Of a DNA stretch of 64,000 bases, positions 1 to 5,938 are shown one piece after another. The stretch comes from a virus, in IMG/VR virus record IMGVR_UViG_3300017917_002937, positions 21,172 through 85,171 of that record; one strand, given 5' to 3'. The notes beneath the pieces are model-generated. The model worked only from the letters and a program-made list of their open reading frames with translations. It did no database searches and was not told the origin of the DNA. Position 1 is the stretch's first letter, and every line of letters begins with the position of its first letter. The position numbers and the translations under genes are program-made.

Positions 1-645
1 ACTAGACATATTAACAGTGCGTTCAATGAAACTCTGTGTTTCCTTGTTCTCGCCCTGTGCATCATCCTGCGTTTTCTGTAATTTATTGTCAACATAAAAT
101 TTTAGTATGTTAGGTTTACGACCACGTTCAATCTTATAGTCTGTACCATTTACGTTAAAATCTAATGTAACTAACATACCTTTACTATTGGTACGATTTA
201 CAAGATTATCCTTACGTATATTATTTATTGGTACACCAAATAATGCATAACATAACCCTTGGATTAAGGTTGTGTTATGTGACAGTATTTCGTTAGTGTA
301 ATATCTATGGTCAGGTGAATCAACGGTAATATCGTACATGTTTTCTTCTCTAGTCGAAGAAGTAATTGTGTGTACCTTTTCAATTCCTGATGAAGTTAAT
401 ATATGTGATTTATAAGGAATTAAGTTTTTTACAAATATTTCTGTAGCATTATCAGTGAAAACAATATGATCGTCAGCACATTCTAGCTGTTTTCCTGTTT
501 CTGTTTCTATTGTCCAAACAGTATAAGGTATTGTTTTGTGTATTTTGGAAATTGGCTTCCAACCAGTATCAGTTTCTATTTCTAAATTATTTAAATTTAG
601 ACTTTCTATGAATTTTCTTTTTACTGATTCAGAAAGTTTATGCAT
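1..645 (-). CDS. 46: C-terminal fragment of fractured gp46 (Rad50/SbcC-like recombination ATPase): 124-aa IntC plus C-extein; runs off the window
   Basis: Not in the ORF track; translated by hand. ATG at 645 with AGGA upstream gives MHKLSESVKRKFIESLNLNNLEIETDTGWKPI...LECADDHIVF...MYDITVDSPDHRYYTNEILSHN|TTLIQGLCYALFGVPINNIRKDNLVNRTNSKGMLVTLDFNVNGTDYKIERGRKPN..., open to base 1. The sequence after HN is typical of gp46 just after Walker A. Confidence 0.93.
   Translation of the reverse strand, partial: MHKLSESVKRKFIESLNLNNLEIETDTGWKPISKIHKTIPYTVWTIETETGKQLECADDHIVFTDNATEIFVKNLIPYKSHILTSSGIEKVHTITSSTREENMYDITVDSPDHRYYTNEILSHNTTLIQGLCYALFGVPINNIRKDNLVNRTNSKGMLVTLDFNVNGTDYKIERGRKPNILKFYVDNKLQKTQDDAQGENKETQSFIERTVNMSS
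274..645 (-). mobile_element. Split intein C-fragment (IntC, 124 aa)
   Basis: Block B-like CADDH, block F MYDITV..H.Y, block G ILSHN followed by Thr+1 (codon 273-271). Confidence 0.92.
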
Positions 646-1709
646 TTGTTGATTATTCCTTGTTTGTCTTTTTTGTATTCCGACTCCCAGATTATTAATA
701 CAGTGTACCCATCATCATTAAGTAACTTTATTTTTTGACGGTCATGATCCCATATTTTTTCTGCGGTTGTTTTTTTTATGACATCTGTGGCTTTAAATTT
801 GTTAGGATTGGCATGCCAATAGTCACCATAGAACTCTATAATTTTTTTTTGTAGAACATCAATACAATCTATAGAGTATGACATATTGTTTATTCTTAAT
901 ACAACCTCATTATAACCAAACTTTATATTTGGGATATTGCATTTTATGGATTCAAACAACTCAAGTGATATTTTTGAAAATCCACCATGTAATCCCGATT
1001 TTTTTAAAGAAGACAGCCATTTAATTTGTCGTTCGCTCCAAATTTGTAATCCTTTTTCTTCTCCATATTTTTCAACACATTTTTTTTGTGAAAATAAAGT
1101 TTGAGCTTCTGTAACTTTGTTTGTTGCTTCTTCTTTTGAATAGCCTCGTAACATCCAATACTCAATAGTACGATGACTATGTGCTCTTATACGGTTAACA
1201 TTTCTGTTTTTTGATGCTTTCGCTCCCATGCTATTATTAAAGTTTTTTTGATTTTGTGCCAAAAATAAGGCGATTTCATCATCGTACCCTTTATTAATCC
1301 AATATTCTTTTCTTATAGGTCTTCTAGAATTTCTTTCAAACTCAGCCTCGGCGAATGTATATTTTTTTCCTGTTTTAGGATTAATTCTGTCTGTCCAAAA
1401 ATTAATAGAGTAAGTGCTTTTTCTTACTGTTTTACTATTAATGTCCTTCATACACATTTTAGCCTTAATTTCTGCTGACAGTTCGTCCCAACCCCTACTA
1501 AGCCAATATTTTTTTCCTCCCTTACCTACTCCAGGTAAGGTTAGCATATTTTGTCTTACAATGGCTTCACATTTTTTAACACTAGTTATGTCAACATGAC
1601 ATAACAATTTTTCTCTAATTGATGCCATGAGGTTAGGTTCTATGTTTTTAATAATTTCTATCAATGTTTTATCTATTATTTGGGTCAGTGTAAATTTTGG
1701 CTGCTTCAT
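621..1709 (-). mobile_element. Free-standing homing endonuclease, Vsr-like (EDxHD/PD-(D/E)xK type), between the split-intein halves
   Basis: C-terminal SIDCID..KIIEFYGDYWHANP...HDRQK...GYTVLIIWESEY is Vsr-like. N-terminal repeated YW..RG(Y/W) motifs. Overlaps both gp46 fragments; GGAG RBS upstream of the ATG at 1709. Confidence 0.85.
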
Positions 1710-1788
1710 ATAATTCTCCCATAGTTATAGAGCATATCTCACCTGTGAGAGTGTTTCTTACTCTAACTATAGTATTTATCCCAACGCA
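1669..1788 (-). mobile_element. Split intein N-fragment (IntN, 39 aa)
   Basis: Cys1 codon at 1788-1786 directly after GTGK; CVGINTIVRVRNTLTGEICSITMGELYEAAKIYTDPNNR then stop. Confidence 0.9.
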
Positions 1789-1938
1789 CTTACCAGTACC
1801 ATTACGTGCACCGTCACCACCTAAGTCTAAGTTCTCACCTAATATTAGTGTTAACTCTTTTCTATCAAAGTTTACTGCTTGTGTGACTTGTCCAATAGAC
1901 AAAAAATTACGCAAGGTTATATTTTTTAGTGTTATCAT
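1669..1938 (-). CDS. 46: N-terminal fragment of fractured gp46: 50-aa N-extein plus 39-aa IntN
   Basis: MITLKNITLRNFLSIG...LILGEN...GARNGTGK is the Rad50/gp46 N-terminus up to the Walker A Lys, followed directly by intein block A CVGINTIVRVRN. Start overlaps the gp47 stop (ATGA). Confidence 0.93.
   Translation of the reverse strand: MITLKNITLRNFLSIGQVTQAVNFDRKELTLILGENLDLGGDGARNGTGKCVGINTIVRVRNTLTGEICSITMGELYEAAKIYTDPNNR
1773..1780 (-). promoter_or_regulatory. Putative late promoter GATAAATA embedded in IntN codons (G-I-N-T), 64 nt upstream of the endonuclease start
   Basis: Same octamer as found before the late structural genes in this window. Confidence 0.55.
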
Positions 1939-2948
1939 AGTGTGTTATAGATATCCAATAATAATTTTTTATCAAAACTATTACTTTCAATAGCGTTAAT
2001 CTGATCTACGATGATTTGGTCAACGCTTTCAAATTTCAGTCCCTCAAAATTACCTTGGTCAACATTTTCTAATTTCATTGGTATTAATGTCATTTCACGT
2101 AGTTTGTATTCGGGAATAAATGTTTCACGTAGAAAGTTAGCTTCTTCATAACTTATATCAATATCTAGGTGTACCCTAACATGGCTATCAATTAATAGCA
2201 AGCCCTGTGGATTATCTAATATATCGCTAAGTTTATGTACACGGTATACAGGTTGTCTTGGCCAACTATGAAAAACAGGGTCTTTACCCCATTCTAATAT
2301 CATCATACCACGTGCATCATCACCTGCGTCAGCATAATTATGCGGGAAAGCGTTACCTATATACCAAATATTTTTACGTGCTTGTCGTTTATGAAAATGT
2401 CCACTGAAAGCACTTTCAAAACCAACAAAATGTTCTTCATTAATTTCGCCATGATCTGGCATCTCTACCATAGCATTCATATAAAAATGAGGTAATTCTA
2501 AATGTCCAAACAAATATTTACCTGACATTTTTTTGATTTTCTTGTAGTCATCCTGTACTAACCATGGACAAATAACTACATCATCTTGTTTAAAAAAATC
2601 ATTAACAATGTGTACATTTGGTAAGTGATTAGCCCATTCTACACTATGAATGTCACGACGGTCACGATAATATAAGTCATGGTTGCCTGGAATAAAATAT
2701 ACTTGGCTAAAGTTTTGATTTAGTTTTTCTAATGCTTTTAATCCAAATTGTAATGTTTGGATGTTTATACTAGCACGATGATGATTATAGTCACCTAAAA
2801 AGAAACAAGTATCACATTGTTCCTTTTTAGCTTTATCTATGAACCAATCAACAAAGTTAGCACAATCAATATTGTGCTGTAAACTATTTGACTTTAAACC
2901 GAAATGCACGTCGGTAAAAATTGCTGCCTTTTTAAATAAATTACTCAT
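1935..2948 (-). CDS. 47: gp47-like recombination nuclease subunit (Mre11/SbcD metallophosphoesterase)
   Basis: DVHFG, LGD, GNHD and SGHFH metallophosphoesterase motifs; adjacent to gp46. Confidence 0.93.
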   Translation of the reverse strand: MSNLFKKAAIFTDVHFGLKSNSLQHNIDCANFVDWFIDKAKKEQCDTCFFLGDYNHHRASINIQTLQFGLKALEKLNQNFSQVYFIPGNHDLYYRDRRDIHSVEWANHLPNVHIVNDFFKQDDVVICPWLVQDDYKKIKKMSGKYLFGHLELPHFYMNAMVEMPDHGEINEEHFVGFESAFSGHFHKRQARKNIWYIGNAFPHNYADAGDDARGMMILEWGKDPVFHSWPRQPVYRVHKLSDILDNPQGLLLIDSHVRVHLDIDISYEEANFLRETFIPEYKLREMTLIPMKLENVDQGNFEGLKFESVDQIIVDQINAIESNSFDKKLLLDIYNTL

Positions 2949-2954
2949 TTTATA

Positions 2955-2983
2955 AGTATAACTTTAATTTTTACACAATTCAA
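2955..2983 (-). promoter_or_regulatory. Sigma70-like promoter for gp47 (TTGAAT-N17-TATACT), overlapped by an 8-bp inverted repeat
   Basis: -35 at 2983-2978, -10 at 2960-2955, ATG 6 nt further on. ATAACTTT/AAAGTTAT inverted repeat at 2989-2982 and 2965-2958. Confidence 0.55.
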
Positions 2984-2996
2984 AGTTATTGGTTAA

Positions 2997-3896
2997 TTAT
3001 TCTTCAAAGACTGGACCTATAGATCCAACTCCTTGTCTAGACCAAGAAGGATTTAATCCATTTATTTCTAAAATGTCATCACGTATGTTTTGATTTCGTT
3101 TTTCTGTGTTTAATACACGACAGAAACTATTTGTTATAGCGGCAGTGTAATAAGCAAATGGGTTAGCTGACTTCGCTTCATTGAATCGTAAACCCACATA
3201 TGTAAGTTGAAGTATTGCACTATTTTGCATTTCATCTCTGTAAGTATACCCACGCCAATTATATTTCATGGCATATTTTTCACACATCATAATATACATT
3301 CTAGCCAATTTATCTGTAATTGTACCGTGTTCCTTGCTAAATTTACCAGTCTTGATACCACCTGTCCAATGACTTTTACCTACACAATAAAAACTATCAT
3401 TTTCATCAATTTTGTAATGTTGAAAAGGTGGAAAATTTACTTTAACATGAACCATGTCGTCTACTTCATCTTTAGTAGTTGTATCTTCTAATTCAACAAA
3501 TATATCATCTTCATCGTCTTCAAATTCAAAAATATCAATAGCGGTTCTTTTTTTATTAGTTTTCCTAGGTTGTTTAGTAGATATAGGTATATGTTCCCAA
3601 GTCATTACCCTAAACACTAAATCTGTAGTAGGTATTGATTTTGGATCTACAAGGTCTTTAGCTCCTTTTTCTAATGATAATCTTAGTGCTCTATTTTCTT
3701 TAGCCTGTTTTATAATATCACGTTTTTTTGCATATTTAAAACATTCTTCAAGTGAACTTTGCGGCATGTCAATAATTAAATCATACATATGATATTCTTT
3801 TTTAGTAAAATAACAATATGATGATTTGCTTGTGTGTATTTCTTTTAATATGTCTTTATTGTTAAGGTAGTTAACCGGTTTTTTGGAGGTACTCAT
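2997..3896 (-). CDS. 55: gp55-like late-transcription sigma factor
   Basis: NYLNNKD N-terminus, NWRGYTYRDEM and NPFAYYT...FCRVLNTEKRNQ motifs; T4-like 55-47-46 gene order. Confidence 0.85.
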   Translation of the reverse strand: MSTSKKPVNYLNNKDILKEIHTSKSSYCYFTKKEYHMYDLIIDMPQSSLEECFKYAKKRDIIKQAKENRALRLSLEKGAKDLVDPKSIPTTDLVFRVMTWEHIPISTKQPRKTNKKRTAIDIFEFEDDEDDIFVELEDTTTKDEVDDMVHVKVNFPPFQHYKIDENDSFYCVGKSHWTGGIKTGKFSKEHGTITDKLARMYIMMCEKYAMKYNWRGYTYRDEMQNSAILQLTYVGLRFNEAKSANPFAYYTAAITNSFCRVLNTEKRNQNIRDDILEINGLNPSWSRQGVGSIGPVFEE

Positions 3897-3915
3897 AAAA
3901 TCCTTTATTTTAATA

Positions 3916-3945
3916 ATTATATCATAGATGTTGTGGAGGGCACAA
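3916..3945 (-). promoter_or_regulatory. Sigma70-like extended -10 promoter for gp55 (TTGTGC-N18, TGaTATAAT) with an overlapping 7-bp hairpin
   Basis: TATAAT at 3921-3916 preceded by TGn; AAAGGA RBS before the ATG; TGTTGTG-gaggg-CACAACA at 3929-3947. Confidence 0.55.
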
Positions 3946-3981
3946 CAATTTAATTTGTATTTGGTAAAATGATGCTATATT

Positions 3982-3995
3982 TATTTAGCTAAATA
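3982..3995. promoter_or_regulatory. Perfect 14-bp palindrome TATTTAGCTAAATA, giving back-to-back CTAAATA late-promoter motifs
   Basis: Lies at the divergence point between gp55 (-) and the baseplate operon (+), 22 nt before the ATG at 4018. Confidence 0.6.
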
Positions 3996-4017
3996 TATAT
4001 AAGGATAATAAGACGAC

Positions 4018-5550
4018 ATGCCACAATATACCAGTACAGTTACTTCATCACTGGGAGTGCTAACAGTAACAACAGTTATAAACACCGAGGCGAACACCCA
4101 AACAATAACTGTTACCACTTCAGGGGGTCAGACGGCAACCGCCACTCAAACTAGTTCATCTAGACCTAATAATTCAACATTAGATAGTCTAGGAACACAA
4201 TTAAGAGCAGCCGGCGCTAGAGATTTAAACACAACAGATTTAGGAGGTGCTGTTAGGTCTAGTTATAACAAGGCAACACAGGAAGCATCAAAAGCCCAAG
4301 CCACAGCAACAGCAACTAATACAAGTGTACCTGAAAACCCTAGTCCTCCGCCCCCTGTATCACCTCAAACTGATCCAACTGTTCCTGAATCGGTACCACT
4401 AACTAATTCACCTTTATCAGAGCCTCCTGGCGTACCAACAGATGAGTTTACAGGAGTAGAAGAAGTAATTGTAAGTAATGAAAATAGATTACAAGAACCA
4501 CCGCAGCTTACAGAAGAAGAAGGTGAACAAGCATTTAGAACTTTCAATGAAGAATTTATAGAAAATGAAGAACCACCTGTAATCGATATAAATGAAGAAC
4601 CATATCCTGTCGCTGATTTGGGGGAATTAGGAATTAATACTGATTTACCAACTGAAGCTGATTTAGGAGAATTAGGCATTAATACAGATCCTGCAGCAGG
4701 AGGAAGTTCTAGAGGATTAACAGGAGCTCAAATTAATGCTAGGACTGGAGCAACAGCACAGGATGAAGCTAATTTTAAACAACGTGAAGATTGGAGAGTT
4801 CGCTTAAGTTTAGCACCATCAGCAGATTATCTTTATAAATCAAAACAGGTACAAGGTATATTACAACCACTAGCAGCAACCGATGGTATTATATTTCCAT
4901 ACACACCATCTATTCAGTTAACTTATGCTGCAAGTTATACAACTACTGATTTAACGCATAGTAATTATAAAATTTTTCAATACAACTATAGTTCAATTGA
5001 TAACTTACAGATAACTGGTGATTTTACAGCACAAGATACATTTGAAGCTGATTATTTATTAGCTGTAATACATTTTTTAAGATCGGTAACCAAAATGTTT
5101 TATGGTCAGGATCAAAACCCTAAACCAGGAACACCTCCACCGTTATGTTATTTAAGTGGATTGGGTGCATTTCAATTTGATGCACATCCTTTAGCAGTAA
5201 CAAGTTTTACTTATTCTTTACCTAGTGATGTTGATTATATAAGAGCAGGTTCTACTACTACTCTAGCTGGGGTTAATAGAAGTTCAGGTAATACACCTAT
5301 TAATGATAATTCTATTACAAACAATCGATTGGTTGGTTTACAAAGTGGTGGACAACCTATAGGTCCACAATATCAAACCACACCAGGTGGTACAGTAGAG
5401 CCAACATATGTTCCTACAAAAATTCAAATTAGTATAGGTTGTGTACCAATTATAAGTAGAAATGACATAAGTAATCGCTTTAGTTTGAAAGATTATGCTT
5501 CAGGAAAATTATTACGTGGATCACAAAACAAACAAGCAGGGATATGGTAA
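4018..5550 (+). CDS. Baseplate/tail-tube initiator-like protein with a low-complexity Pro/Glu/Thr N-terminal extension
   Basis: Conserved-looking core DWRVRL...GIIFPYTP...THSNY...ITGDFTAQ...PPPLCYLSGLG; first gene of the baseplate operon. Confidence 0.6.
   Translation: MPQYTSTVTSSLGVLTVTTVINTEANTQTITVTTSGGQTATATQTSSSRPNNSTLDSLGTQLRAAGARDLNTTDLGGAVRSSYNKATQEASKAQATATATNTSVPENPSPPPPVSPQTDPTVPESVPLTNSPLSEPPGVPTDEFTGVEEVIVSNENRLQEPPQLTEEEGEQAFRTFNEEFIENEEPPVIDINEEPYPVADLGELGINTDLPTEADLGELGINTDPAAGGSSRGLTGAQINARTGATAQDEANFKQREDWRVRLSLAPSADYLYKSKQVQGILQPLAATDGIIFPYTPSIQLTYAASYTTTDLTHSNYKIFQYNYSSIDNLQITGDFTAQDTFEADYLLAVIHFLRSVTKMFYGQDQNPKPGTPPPLCYLSGLGAFQFDAHPLAVTSFTYSLPSDVDYIRAGSTTTLAGVNRSSGNTPINDNSITNNRLVGLQSGGQPIGPQYQTTPGGTVEPTYVPTKIQISIGCVPIISRNDISNRFSLKDYASGKLLRGSQNKQAGIW
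4612..4689 (+). repeat. In-frame tandem duplication, 45-nt period (ADLGELGINTD x2)
   Basis: Copies start at 4612 and 4657, with synonymous differences. Confidence 0.85.
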
Positions 5551-5861
5551 TGGCAAATAACGATTTATACCCTAGAACAAGTCCTTATTATAATACAGGT
5601 ATTGAAAATGGTAAATTTTTAGATATAATGATTAATAGACCTATACCCATTGTAAGTAGTGATGTATATTGGAATATACAAAGAGTTTATGAATATAGAC
5701 CTGATTTGTTGGCATATGATTTGTATGCGGATAGTAGATTATGGTGGGTGTTTGCACAACGTAATCCTAATAGACTTAAAGACCCGTATTTTGATTTTGT
5801 AACAGGTTTAGGAATTTATATTCCAAAGTTAGATACTATTAAACAAGTATTAGGAATATAA
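5544..5861 (+). CDS. gp53-like (LysM-like) baseplate wedge protein; probable start at ATG 5550
   Basis: YEYRPDLLAYDLY...LWWVFAQRN motif typical of gp53-like proteins; ATG 5550 overlaps the upstream TAA. Confidence 0.75.
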   Translation: MVMANNDLYPRTSPYYNTGIENGKFLDIMINRPIPIVSSDVYWNIQRVYEYRPDLLAYDLYADSRLWWVFAQRNPNRLKDPYFDFVTGLGIYIPKLDTIKQVLGI

Positions 5862-5938
5862 TGGCTATCATAAAAGAAAAACAAACTAACGGTATTTCAA
5901 ATAAGTTATACTTAATAATAGAGTTAATTAATGAGTAA
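5861..5938 (+). CDS. Possible 25-aa translationally coupled mini-ORF
   Basis: TAATG overlap with the gp53-like stop and AGGA upstream; MAIIKEKQTNGISNKLYLIIELINE*; its stop overlaps the next start. Confidence 0.3.
   Translation: MAIIKEKQTNGISNKLYLIIELINE

Noticed and set aside
1669-1938. gp46 as a truncated pseudogene or a group I intron-interrupted gene
   Set aside because: Both halves carry intact intein termini and their own starts, which explains the break without decay or RNA splicing.
1414-1993. Plus-strand ORFs 1414..1599 and 1697..1993
   Set aside because: Antisense shadows of the endonuclease and the gp46 N-fragment; no recognisable motifs.
3207-3792. Plus-strand ORFs 3207..3491 and 3454..3792
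   Set aside because: Antisense to the gp55-like gene, with shadow-like composition.
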